Source of the DNA: Faecousia sp.
GTDB lineage: Bacteria > Bacillota > Clostridia > Oscillospirales > Oscillospiraceae
DNA length: 64,000 nucleotides
Assembly (NCBI GenBank): GCA_045599455.1
Contig: JAZRVX010000131.1
Span: forward strand, 12,186-76,185
Direction: 5' to 3'
Part shown: positions 18,108 to 26,437 of the stretch, in pieces
How the letters are laid out: every line of letters starts with the position of its first letter
Numbering within the stretch: position 1 is the stretch's first letter
Notes under the pieces: generated by a model
Seen by the model: only the letters and a program-made list of their open reading frames with translations
Database searches by the model: none
What the model was told of the DNA's origin: nothing
Translations under genes and position numbers: made by a program

Positions 18108-19505
18108 TCAGAAGTCAAAATAGATAAAGGGATTGTAAGAGCCGTTTACCAGATAACTAATACTAAGCCATGTAATAAGCACCATGCATATTCCTGTCAA
18201 TCCTCGGACTACAATATACTCATTTGCTAACGGGAATCTTTTCCTAATCGGGAAGAGGCATATCAGACCAATTACAAAAAAGAATAAATTCTCTTTCACG
18301 AGCATACAAGCCAGATTGCTGAAAAAACCGTTATAGTTAAGTCCGAACATATTCCGAAAAAAAATTCCTGCCTGATATAAATCTTTGGAACGAAAAAGAA
18401 CCCATCCGAAATTAACTATCAGTAGTGTATATGCTCTCTTCAAACCGGTTGACGAAAGGTTATCCGGGAATCCTGTTAGTCGCTCCAGAAGTTGAAAGCA
18501 GAAATAATAGACGCCCCAAAAAATAAAAGTCCAGTTCGCACCATGCCAAAGACCGGTTAATAGCCATACAATCAAAAGATTGCGAATGGTTCTATCCATA
18601 CTTACATTGCGATTGCCCCCCAGGGGGATATATACATACTCCCGGAACCAATTTGTCAAAGAGATGTGCCACCGCGACCAGAAATCACGAATTGAAAGTG
18701 CATAGTATGGGTACATAAAATTTTCGGGAATTAAAAACCCAAAGCATTTACCCAGTCCGATTGCCATATCCGAGTATCCCGAGAAGTCATAATAAATTTG
18801 AAGTGAATAGGCAATACTTCCAACCCATGCCAAGGTAGCCGGAACCGGATAGTAGTCCGTCCCGATAGAAGACCAGTTAAAAACCTTATCGGCAATCGCA
18901 CCGAAATTATTCGCAAGAAGAATTTTTTTAGAAAAGCCTATGGAAAAGCGAAACAATCCTTTTGTGAATAAGTCAAAGCTTTCTCTACGGGAATCTATCT
19001 GATTTGATACATCCGAGTATTTCAAAATCGGGCCGGCAATCAGCTGTGGAAAAAATGACAGATACAATCCGGTCTTAAATAATCCCGGGGGACTTTCCGG
19101 AGTACGGTACATATCTACGAGCAAACTGATAGCCTGAAAAGTGTAAAACGAAATTCCGATGGGTAGGTGAATCTCGGAAATCTGTGGAAATCCAGCCGTG
19201 GAACTTGCAAAGTTATAATACTTGAAAACAAATAATCCGAATAAATTTACACTGACTGCAAGCCAAAGTATTATACGCTTTCGTTTCAAATCTTGTACTT
19301 TATATAATAAATTTGAAAAACCTGAATTCATGACAATATTTGCAATCAACAGCCAAACATATTGAGGTTCACCATAGGCGTAAAATAAAATGCTTGCAAT
19401 AAGAAGAACGGAATTGGATAACCACCGCACACGAAATGATGCAAAGTACATCATAAAACCCGTTGGTAAAAACAGGAATAAAAACTCTAAACTTGAAAAA
19501 AGCAT
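18108..19505 (-). CDS. MBOAT-family membrane O-acyltransferase (AlgI/DltB/PatA-like)
   Basis: 465-aa polytopic protein. The conserved MBOAT histidine region is FWSRWHISLTNWFREYVYIPLGGNR. AGGTGG RBS. Confidence 0.9.
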   Translation of the reverse strand: MLFSSLEFLFLFLPTGFMMYFASFRVRWLSNSVLLIASILFYAYGEPQYVWLLIANIVMNSGFSNLLYKVQDLKRKRIILWLAVSVNLFGLFVFKYYNFASSTAGFPQISEIHLPIGISFYTFQAISLLVDMYRTPESPPGLFKTGLYLSFFPQLIAGPILKYSDVSNQIDSRRESFDLFTKGLFRFSIGFSKKILLANNFGAIADKVFNWSSIGTDYYPVPATLAWVGSIAYSLQIYYDFSGYSDMAIGLGKCFGFLIPENFMYPYYALSIRDFWSRWHISLTNWFREYVYIPLGGNRNVSMDRTIRNLLIVWLLTGLWHGANWTFIFWGVYYFCFQLLERLTGFPDNLSSTGLKRAYTLLIVNFGWVLFRSKDLYQAGIFFRNMFGLNYNGFFSNLACMLVKENLFFFVIGLICLFPIRKRFPLANEYIVVRGLTGICMVLITWLSISYLVNGSYNPFIYFDF

Positions 19506-19512
19506 ATTCCAC

Positions 19513-21111
19513 CTAGATTCTGCGCATCACGATAATTCCTGTCAAAATTATTATGAAAAACGAAAGATAGAAAAAAGCCTGTCCCTGTGAGAATATCGAC
19601 GAGTCCACATTGGCTTCTCGCAGTAAATTACTGAGTCCCTCCTGTATATAAGCACCATGCCGCGCAAGATAAACCTTTATAATACGCAGCTCTTGCTGAT
19701 AATCGGTATTGAATCGGGTCAATGTTTCACCATCAATCGTATAGGGCTTCAACACATAGTTCCTCCCGTTACGGGTCTGCGGACTTTCGTAATCATCCTT
19801 CCACCGATACCATTCGCGAACTTGAGCCGAGTTCAGATATTGTGTGGCTTCTTCAATCAGCATATTTATATAGTTATCCGACAGGAAGTGTCTTCTAAGC
19901 TCTGCGTAGCGTTTTTTCAAGAATTTTACAAAGGAACGGTCTTTCACAAGCTCCGTGTAAAATGTTCTTGTTTGGAATGCAATGGACTCAGGGTTCATTT
20001 CTTCTGCATAGTAATTATTCATCGCCTGGTCAAAATCCCAAACCGGACCGATATTCAGTTTTCCTCCGGGTGATTTATAATAATAAGTCGAATGCAGCCC
20101 TGCATCATAATTCCCAAAGAATTCGTTCACCAAAAAATAATCAATGAAGCTCTCTCTGTCAATTACTTTAGGGTATGTGAGAAATACATCCTTTTTATCA
20201 GAATAAATTACCTGTTCCACGGAGGAAAAATCTTTTTCAATATAGGAAATAATTTCCTCATTCAGTTTACCGGATGTTGGATATTTGATTCCCATCCATG
20301 TGTCCGTAAATCCATTAACTCGGCCGTATGTTTCAAGCATCGTATCAAAATGCGTATATCGGTCTCTGCGGAGAATATAGCCAGTATAATGATTCTTTTC
20401 GTCGTACTCAGGAATGTCAACTTGTTGCTCTCCTTTGGAAACCGCACTTTGCAGGAGGTAAACTCCCATATATTTTGCCATCCCGCCTGTTTCTTTTAGA
20501 ATTACTTCACAGAATCTGCACTCCGGTGCAAATGCGCTGCCGCCAATCTCCCATGCAATACGATAGGCGAGGTAATTTCGGAGCATGCTTTTATCCGCCA
20601 AGCTCCCGCACAACACCCAGCGCTCTCCTTTTTCCATATCAAGAAGAGAATGAGCCTTCTCCGATTTTAGATAATACTGCGGTTTGTCGAAAGCTATCGA
20701 AGTATGCCCACGCCGTTTGGCACAAATTGAGATACGCATTGCAGGAGTGTTCTTCAAATATGCCCTTCGTCCGCTCGGTTCGATGATTTCAAGGGATCCA
20801 GTTACCCACGGATTAACTGAATCATCCACAGTTTCATTTCCATGTGAAAAGGACTTATATAACGGAGGCTCGTTTTCAAAAGACAGCACCACAAGGGGAA
20901 GATTGCTTGAGAACAAGGCATCCGCATAGTATTCCTCATTCAGGTGCACTAAAGGATCCGTTGCGCTTTCATCTTTTTGTAATGTAGGATAGCGATAAGA
21001 TTGACTTGTTTCTTTTGCAATCGTCTCCCCGAGCTGCGCAGCCAAGAGTAACCACGCCGCCAACACAAAACATTTGCAAACTTTTCCTGCCATTTTATTG
21101 ATTAATTTCAT
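19513..21111 (-). CDS. CotH kinase-family protein, predicted extracytoplasmic with C-terminal membrane anchor
   Basis: Signal/anchor CFVLAAWLLLAAQLG and C-terminal TM FFYLSFFIIILTGIIVM. CotH-type segments LRNYLAYRIAWEIG, HSTYYYKSPGGKLNIGPVWDFDQAMNNYY. The start could instead be ATG 21093. Confidence 0.8.
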   Translation of the reverse strand: MKLINKMAGKVCKCFVLAAWLLLAAQLGETIAKETSQSYRYPTLQKDESATDPLVHLNEEYYADALFSSNLPLVVLSFENEPPLYKSFSHGNETVDDSVNPWVTGSLEIIEPSGRRAYLKNTPAMRISICAKRRGHTSIAFDKPQYYLKSEKAHSLLDMEKGERWVLCGSLADKSMLRNYLAYRIAWEIGGSAFAPECRFCEVILKETGGMAKYMGVYLLQSAVSKGEQQVDIPEYDEKNHYTGYILRRDRYTHFDTMLETYGRVNGFTDTWMGIKYPTSGKLNEEIISYIEKDFSSVEQVIYSDKKDVFLTYPKVIDRESFIDYFLVNEFFGNYDAGLHSTYYYKSPGGKLNIGPVWDFDQAMNNYYAEEMNPESIAFQTRTFYTELVKDRSFVKFLKKRYAELRRHFLSDNYINMLIEEATQYLNSAQVREWYRWKDDYESPQTRNGRNYVLKPYTIDGETLTRFNTDYQQELRIIKVYLARHGAYIQEGLSNLLREANVDSSIFSQGQAFFYLSFFIIILTGIIVMRRI

Positions 21112-21778
21112 CCGGCTGTTTTACAAGACTGACAGAACGCACGCCTTCCATTATCGACAGCCGGTTTAAGCAGGATCCACTCTTCTCTGCATCCGCAAGT
21201 ACACGGTCGCAAAGCTCATAAATCAGCTCACAGGGATTGCCATTTTCTCCGGTAGTTTGGAGGCGGATAACCGCTTTTTGTAAAAACATAGCCTCAACAC
21301 AGTGCATTACATCCTCTGCCATTTCAGGATCTACATGAATAATCAGAATGAGACGGCTATTCTCCTTTACAAAACCAAAGAGCACCAAAAATATGAAAAT
21401 TGCGGTTGTGCCCATGGCCGCAATCAAATAATCCGAAACGCCGCAGCATATACCGATTGCAATCGCCCAGAATATATATGCTGTATCCCGAGTATCTTTC
21501 ACAGCTGTTCGGAATCGGACTATGGACAGCGCACCAACCATGCCGAGTGAGAGGGCAATATTATTCCCGATTACATTCATAACGAGAGTCGTTATCAATG
21601 TAAGCATGACAAGTGTCATATTGAATCGACGACTGTAAACACTGCCGCCGTGGGAAATACGATAAGATATGTACAAGACACATGCCAGTAAAAATGAAAT
21701 CAGAAAGTTTAATAACAGCTGCTTAGGCGAAAGCTCCCCATAGGTATTGTACAGAAGATTATATATCTCACTTTTCAT
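21095..21778 (-). CDS. DUF4956-type polytopic membrane protein
   Basis: About 4 TM segments (LLLNFLISFLLACVLYI, LVMLTLITTLVMNVIG, ALSLGMVGALSIVRFRTAVKDTRD, IFWAIAIGICCG) plus a soluble tail. It occupies the usual position between the VTC and CotH genes. ATG 21778 lies 1 nt after the upstream stop. Confidence 0.7.
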   Translation of the reverse strand: MKSEIYNLLYNTYGELSPKQLLLNFLISFLLACVLYISYRISHGGSVYSRRFNMTLVMLTLITTLVMNVIGNNIALSLGMVGALSIVRFRTAVKDTRDTAYIFWAIAIGICCGVSDYLIAAMGTTAIFIFLVLFGFVKENSRLILIIHVDPEMAEDVMHCVEAMFLQKAVIRLQTTGENGNPCELIYELCDRVLADAEKSGSCLNRLSIMEGVRSVSLVKQPDEINQ

Positions 21779-21779
21779 A

Positions 21780-22475
21780 CTAAGCACTCTCCCCTTTTGT
21801 AATCATGCGCGCTCTCATGTATTTACTGCACGAAACTCTGCACTCATCCGATACCGATACCGCCTGTTTGATATCCGATGTCAGAAACTCATTAAACTTA
21901 ACTTCCATTGTAATTTCCCCGGGAGCAGAAACGGGGTACATAATAATGTCAGAATTAAAAAGCTGGAAATTGCTCTCAGTTGCGTATATCTCTCTGTCAA
22001 ATGTAATTCTGGTATCATTAAGCAGGCCGCAAAACGCCTCTCTTCTATACTCAATAATAACCTTCGGGCGGAGTAGCTGTGCTTTGAACATATAATAAAG
22101 CCACGGACATAACACCTCATGCCGCGATAACAGGAAATCCGCTTTACCTGCTATCAGCTGCATAGCCTCTGTTTTTGAAATAATGATAGAAAACTTTTTC
22201 TGATTGTCACCGCTTTTTTGCTTAATCTCAAGCTTAGCTGTTTTGTCAGATGGACTGTAAATTCTGAGACGAATTTTTCTTCTATCATAAAGACCGTCTT
22301 CTTTGTCGCAAAAATCCTTGTCATAAGGCGTGTCAAAGTAGAGGGAACGAACATGATACCCCCCGATATTCTGATGTACATCCGGTAATGTAAACGGAAG
22401 CAATGCGGCGCGTATTCGGCAATACTGCAGTTCGGTAACAGCGTATTTTTGCTCTTTTCTCGAAACTTCCGACAT
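21780..22475 (-). CDS. VTC-domain protein (triphosphate-tunnel, polyphosphate-polymerase-like)
   Basis: EQKYAV, HVRSLYFDTP, RRKIRLRIY, AKLEIKQKSG, IIEYRREAF and TRITFDREI form alternating basic/acidic beta-strand motifs typical of CYTH/VTC tunnel enzymes. No TM segment. GGGAGGA RBS. Confidence 0.75.
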   Translation of the reverse strand: MSEVSRKEQKYAVTELQYCRIRAALLPFTLPDVHQNIGGYHVRSLYFDTPYDKDFCDKEDGLYDRRKIRLRIYSPSDKTAKLEIKQKSGDNQKKFSIIISKTEAMQLIAGKADFLLSRHEVLCPWLYYMFKAQLLRPKVIIEYRREAFCGLLNDTRITFDREIYATESNFQLFNSDIIMYPVSAPGEITMEVKFNEFLTSDIKQAVSVSDECRVSCSKYMRARMITKGESA

Positions 22476-22985
22476 TTAAGCGTCCTCCCTGTCAGAAAGA
22501 AGCAATAAATCCTCATAGGTATAGAACTGTCTTTTATTCCTGGTACGCAGATGATTGCACACTGTCAGAATCACAATGCACAGTCCCAGAGACACAATAC
22601 TCAACAAATAATTATGATAAAAGCACAAAACAGCAGCTGGAAAACAGCAGCAGGAAAGTACTTTCATCATAGCATGATACTCCTTTTGAATTTTACGGTT
22701 CAATAATCTTTCTATAGTTTCCAGAACCAAAACTCCAAGAAACGCGAATATCGTAAATCCAAGTACGCAAAGCTGAGCGTCTACGCCGATGTTTCTGCAA
22801 ACAAAGACCCCGGAGCTACCTAATAGCAAGATAAAAACGAAATAAAGGAAAGCTCTTATAATTGATGTTCCAAGAAAACACGGAAGCAAAGAAAGTGCAC
22901 AAAGTACACCTGGTAATAATTTCCGGTTCAGCAAAACATTTAACAAGTTGCTCTGATAAGAAATCAGATTATGCAGCAATCTCAT
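22476..22985 (-). CDS. hypothetical 4-TM membrane protein, first gene of operon
   Basis: No motif I recognise. Hydrophobic segments GVLCALSLLPCFLG, LYFVFILLLGSSGVFV, LCVLGFTIFAFLGVLVL and SIVSLGLCIVILTV. ATG 22985 has GGTGA 6 nt upstream. Its stop abuts the VTC start. Confidence 0.5.
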   Translation of the reverse strand: MRLLHNLISYQSNLLNVLLNRKLLPGVLCALSLLPCFLGTSIIRAFLYFVFILLLGSSGVFVCRNIGVDAQLCVLGFTIFAFLGVLVLETIERLLNRKIQKEYHAMMKVLSCCCFPAAVLCFYHNYLLSIVSLGLCIVILTVCNHLRTRNKRQFYTYEDLLLLSDREDA

Positions 22986-23108
22986 ATTCATTCACCTCTT
23001 TCAACAATCGAAACAATACTCCATTTCGGATGCGAAAAAAAGCGAAGCAAGGTTCGTACATTTCACAGCATCGAATATGTTTAATTTCCTATATGCACTA
23101 AGTTTTTC

Positions 23109-23137
23109 TTGACATAAAAACTACAATGTGATAAAAT
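23109..23137 (+). promoter_or_regulatory. sigma-A promoter of the tRNA(CAU)-tRNA-Trp pair
   Basis: Consensus TTGACA (23109-23114), 17-nt spacer, TGA-TAAAAT (23132-23137). Confidence 0.65.
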
Positions 23138-23167
23138 ATTAACTGTGGTCAGAAACCATGTGATGAC

Positions 23168-23244
23168 GGGCCTTTAGCTCAGTTGGTCAGAGCCTCCGGC
23201 TCATAACCGGATAGTCCTGGGTTCGAGTCCCCGAAGGCCCACCA
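23168..23244 (+). tRNA. tRNA with CAU anticodon (Met by anticodon; resembles lysidine-modified tRNA-Ile2), CCA encoded
   Basis: Acceptor GGGCCTT/AAGGCCC, anticodon stem TCCGG/CCGGA, loop CTCATAA. G1-C72 is paired, so it is not an initiator. The GG.CCTTTAGCTCAGTTGGT.AGAGC...GGCTCATAACC pattern is like Bacillus tRNA-Ile(CAU). Confidence 0.9.
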
Positions 23245-23274
23245 GTTTACTTAGGTAATTTACCTTTTAGATAT

Positions 23275-23350
<76 letters not shown>

Positions 23351-23386
23351 AAAAAGTCCAGCACCATTTGGTGTTGGACTTTTTTG
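23351..23386 (+). terminator. rho-independent terminator of the tRNA pair
   Basis: Stem gtccagcacc/ggtgttggac followed by TTTTTT (23380-23385). Confidence 0.75.
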
Positions 23387-23391
23387 ATATG

Positions 23392-23512
23392 CACAGGGAC
23401 TTAAAAATTTAAATGCAACAGTCCGGTGGACTTTTGCTCGCCGTCAGCTTGATGACGGCGATACCTTAATTGTCTTCCCACGAGAAGACAATGTTATGAG
23501 TCCTTGTGCCCT
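23392..23512 (+). other. tRNA-Trp 3'-arm duplicate enclosing a three-hairpin structured insert (att-like scar or small structured RNA)
   Basis: A 13-nt exact copy of the tRNA-Trp T-arm/acceptor sequence agtccttgtgccc (23499-23511 versus 23332-23344). cacagggact (23392-23401) pairs with agtccttgtg (23499-23508), closing hairpins at 23420-23432, 23439-23460 and 23471-23490. Confidence 0.35.
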
Positions 23513-23580
23513 CCCGGCAGTGAATATACACTACTGCGATTAGTGCAGTTCTTACAAGCCACTATATTCTTCAAAACTAC

Positions 23581-23618
23581 AAAAACAAAAATTACCCCTC
23601 CACTGAGCGGAGGGGTAA
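23581..23618 (-). terminator. rho-independent terminator of the efp-acidic protein unit
   Basis: 10-bp stem ttacccctcc/ggaggggtaa (23592-23601 / 23609-23618). On the minus strand it is followed by TTTTTGTTTTT. Confidence 0.8.
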
Positions 23619-23630
23619 ACATTCAACAAA

Positions 23631-24098
23631 CTAGTCCAACTCGTCCTCGTCAAAAGTGAACTCAAGCGTTTCGCCACACTTGGGGCAAGTCATAGAACCG
23701 GCCTCAAGGGTCTCCTCGTCAAAAGTAATCACTTCGCCGCAAGCGCACTGGACTTCATAGATAGTGGTATCCTCATCGCCGAAGTCGAATCCTTCCTCAT
23801 ACTCCTCGTCTTCATCTTCGTCGTAATCATCATCCAGCTCATCATAGTCGTCAAAATCGTCGTAGTCCTCATCGTCCTCATCAAGGATATAATCCTCGAT
23901 GGCATCCAGATCTTCTTCGATTTCGTCCAGCTCGTCAGAAATAGCAATGGTGGTATCTTCAATATCCGTGACCTTCTTGCATACATCGCCAAGCAGGTCA
24001 ACGATTGCAGAAATCATCTTGCCCTCATCGGACTCGGTATTCAGCTTCAGGCCATCCATAAGACCCTTCAAATAGGCGGATCTCTCAGAGATAGTCAT
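23631..24098 (-). CDS. highly acidic protein with C-terminal zinc-ribbon-like Cys cluster
   Basis: The central ~70 aa are almost only D/E/Y (DEDDEDYDDFDDYDELDDDYDEDEDEEYEE). The C-terminus is VQCACGEVITFDEETLEAGSMTCPKCGETLEF. AGGAGG RBS. Lies immediately downstream of efp. Confidence 0.6.
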   Translation of the reverse strand: MTISERSAYLKGLMDGLKLNTESDEGKMISAIVDLLGDVCKKVTDIEDTTIAISDELDEIEEDLDAIEDYILDEDDEDYDDFDDYDELDDDYDEDEDEEYEEGFDFGDEDTTIYEVQCACGEVITFDEETLEAGSMTCPKCGETLEFTFDEDELD

Positions 24099-24137
24099 AA
24101 ATAAATCCTCCTGTAAAATTCAGTAGAATTACCGCGA

Positions 24138-24701
24138 TTAAGCCTTGGAACGACCCAGGTACTCACCGGTACGGGTGTCAATCTGAATCTTATCGCCCTC
24201 GTTGATGAACAGAGGCACCTTGACCTCAGCACCGGTCTCAACAGTGGCAGGCTTAGTAACATTGGTGGCAGTGTTGCCGGCAAAACCGGGCTCGGTCTTG
24301 GTGACAACCAGGTCAGCAAAGTTGGGAGCCTCAACGCCAAAAACATTGCCCTTGTAGCTCATGATAACGCAGGTATCGTTCTCCTTGACGAACTTAAAGG
24401 AATCGTCCAGAACACTGCCGTCAATGGGCTCGAGCTCATAGGTCTCACCATCCATGAAGTAGTACAGGTTGCCATCATTGTAGGAGTACTCCATCTTCTT
24501 GCGCTCAATGTAAGCGGTGGGGTACTTCGCAGTGGGGTTGAAGCTGGTCTCGGTGACACCGCCGGTGATAACATTCTTCATCTTAACACGGACGAATGCA
24601 GCACCCTTGCCGGGCTTAACATGCTGGAACTCGATGACCTGCATGACCTTGCCATCCATTTCAAAGGTAACGCCGTTTCTAAATTCGCTTGCAGAAATCA
24701 T
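24138..24701 (-). CDS. efp: elongation factor P
   Basis: [57 protein letters not shown]. Confidence 0.95.
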   Translation of the reverse strand: MISASEFRNGVTFEMDGKVMQVIEFQHVKPGKGAAFVRVKMKNVITGGVTETSFNPTAKYPTAYIERKKMEYSYNDGNLYYFMDGETYELEPIDGSVLDDSFKFVKENDTCVIMSYKGNVFGVEAPNFADLVVTKTEPGFAGNTATNVTKPATVETGAEVKVPLFINEGDKIQIDTRTGEYLGRSKA

Positions 24702-24762
24702 ATTTATATCCTCCTGTAGATACCCTCGAGCGAGGGCGCTGTTTACAAAATTTAGCTAATTT

Positions 24763-24791
24763 ATTCTATCTTATTTTTCTTTATTTTGCAA
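24763..24791 (-). promoter_or_regulatory. possible internal promoter for efp
   Basis: On the minus strand: TTGCAA (24791-24786), 17-nt spacer, TAGAAT (24768-24763). Confidence 0.4.
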
Positions 24792-24798
24792 GGGTTTT

Positions 24799-25863
24799 TT
24801 AAAGAATAATCAATTCTTTCGGAATATTCGTGATGTCTTCACACCCTGCGGCCGTCACGATGGTCACATCTTCGATTCTGACGCCGAATTTTCCGGGCAG
24901 ATAGATTCCGGGTTCTGCGGAAATCACCGCACCAACAGGCATAGGCTCGGTATTAGACATATTGGCATTAGGTGATTCATGTATCTCAAGGCCAAGACTG
25001 TGACCATAGCTGTGGCCAAAATACTCGCCGTAACCGGCATCTGCAATTACTTTGCGCGCAGCAGCATCGATTGCCTGCCCTGTCACACCGGCTTTTGTTG
25101 CAGCAATTCCCGCAAGTTGGGCATTCAAAACAGTATTATAAACCTGCTTCATTTCCTCCGTTGCATACCCAACGGCAACTGTTCTTGTCGTGTCGGAGCA
25201 ATATCCCATGTAAAGAACGCCAAAATCCATTGTCAAGAAATCACCGGCCTGAATTTTTCGCTCCCCTGCTACACCGTGTGGCATGCTGCTGTTCGGGCCG
25301 GATACAACGATGGGGTCAAAAGAAAGACCATGTGCTCCATTCTTGTACATACAGTAGATTAACTCTGCCTGTACTTCAAGCTCCGTCATTCCCTCGTGGA
25401 TGCGGGGCAGCACCTCGGCAAATGCCCGATCAGCAATCTTCTGAGCAGCAAGCAGACGGTCAATCTCATAGCCTTCTTTGACAGCTCGGAATGCATAAAT
25501 TTTTTCATTATACGGAACCAGCTTCGCGTTCAATCCCGCAGCGAATTTGTTATACTCCTCAACGGTCAAATAAGCTTCCTCAAAGCCGAGGGCTGTAATG
25601 CCGAATTCTTCGATAGCTTCATTGAGCCGTGCCACATAATCCCGCCCACGGCGAACATCCTGGACATCAAAACCTTTCAGATTCTTCTGAGCAGACTCTA
25701 TATAACGGCTGTCCGTAAAATACCTGCATCCATTCTTGGAAACGATTGCAACACCTTCGGCAATGTCGAACTCAGCTCCGTAATGGCGGCTGTATCGGGA
25801 GGTCAGCAGCAGACCGTCAACATCTTCATTCAAAACAGAAAGGTACTTTTCAAGATTTTTCAT
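24799..25863 (-). CDS. pepP: M24-family Xaa-Pro aminopeptidase/dipeptidase
   Basis: Creatinase-like N-domain plus M24 metal ligand context: DFGVLYMGYCSDTTRT, HSYGHSLGLEIHE and EPGIY...GVRIED. Confidence 0.85.
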   Translation of the reverse strand: MKNLEKYLSVLNEDVDGLLLTSRYSRHYGAEFDIAEGVAIVSKNGCRYFTDSRYIESAQKNLKGFDVQDVRRGRDYVARLNEAIEEFGITALGFEEAYLTVEEYNKFAAGLNAKLVPYNEKIYAFRAVKEGYEIDRLLAAQKIADRAFAEVLPRIHEGMTELEVQAELIYCMYKNGAHGLSFDPIVVSGPNSSMPHGVAGERKIQAGDFLTMDFGVLYMGYCSDTTRTVAVGYATEEMKQVYNTVLNAQLAGIAATKAGVTGQAIDAAARKVIADAGYGEYFGHSYGHSLGLEIHESPNANMSNTEPMPVGAVISAEPGIYLPGKFGVRIEDVTIVTAAGCEDITNIPKELIIL

Positions 25864-26363
25864 ACAATAATTCTCCTTTTTCTTGCTGCAAAAATAAAGG
25901 GTATTTCAAGGATATGGCGCAATTTAAACCATATTGTATGGTTGTGAATTGCCTTAACCAAAATAGAGGACACTCCGGCTAAATTACCGGCTATGGTATC
26001 GGTAAAAATCTGATCTCCAACAATTGCCGATTCATCGGGCGCAAAGCCAAATCGTGCCATACAGGCATTGAGTCCCTTGGGGCTGGGCTTATGGGCGCGC
26101 ATGATGTAATCTAAGCGGTATTTATCGCAAAATCCCACAAGGCGCTCACTTTTCGTATTGGAAACAATGGCAATTTTCACCTTGGATGCATTCATTTTTT
26201 CAAGCCAAGCTTTTACTTCCGGTGTCGGATCATCGACAATATACGGGACTATGGTATTATCAAAATCCATCATAAGCAGACGAATCCCATGTGAAAGTAA
26301 AAAATCCTCCGTAAGATCTGTAAGCTTTGGCGCAAGATAACGAGGTAAAAAAGAGAGAGACAT
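25860..26363 (-). CDS. yqeG: YqeG-family HAD-IIIA phosphatase
   Basis: LMMDFDNTIVPY (DxD nucleophile motif), IVSNT and VGDQIFTDTIAGNLAG. I chose ATG 26363 because the longer ORF-track start (26450) would overlap the divergent gene. ATGA overlap with pepP. Confidence 0.8.
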   Translation of the reverse strand: MSLSFLPRYLAPKLTDLTEDFLLSHGIRLLMMDFDNTIVPYIVDDPTPEVKAWLEKMNASKVKIAIVSNTKSERLVGFCDKYRLDYIMRAHKPSPKGLNACMARFGFAPDESAIVGDQIFTDTIAGNLAGVSSILVKAIHNHTIWFKLRHILEIPFIFAARKRRIIV

Positions 26364-26437
26364 AATGCACATCCAATCTGCATATAATCCTGAAATGACT
26401 GATGTGTAAATTATAGCATGAAAGGACGGTTTTGTCC

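Noticed and set aside
22986-23108. c-di-GMP riboswitch or other leader upstream of the GT2/CotH operon.
   Set aside because: I could not find the GEMM-type conserved segments or a convincing paired structure in the ~120-nt region. No clear promoter was identified either, so I left it unannotated.
23168-23244. CAU-anticodon tRNA as initiator tRNA-fMet.
   Set aside because: Positions 1 and 72 pair (G-C), and the anticodon stem lacks the three consecutive G-C pairs typical of initiators.
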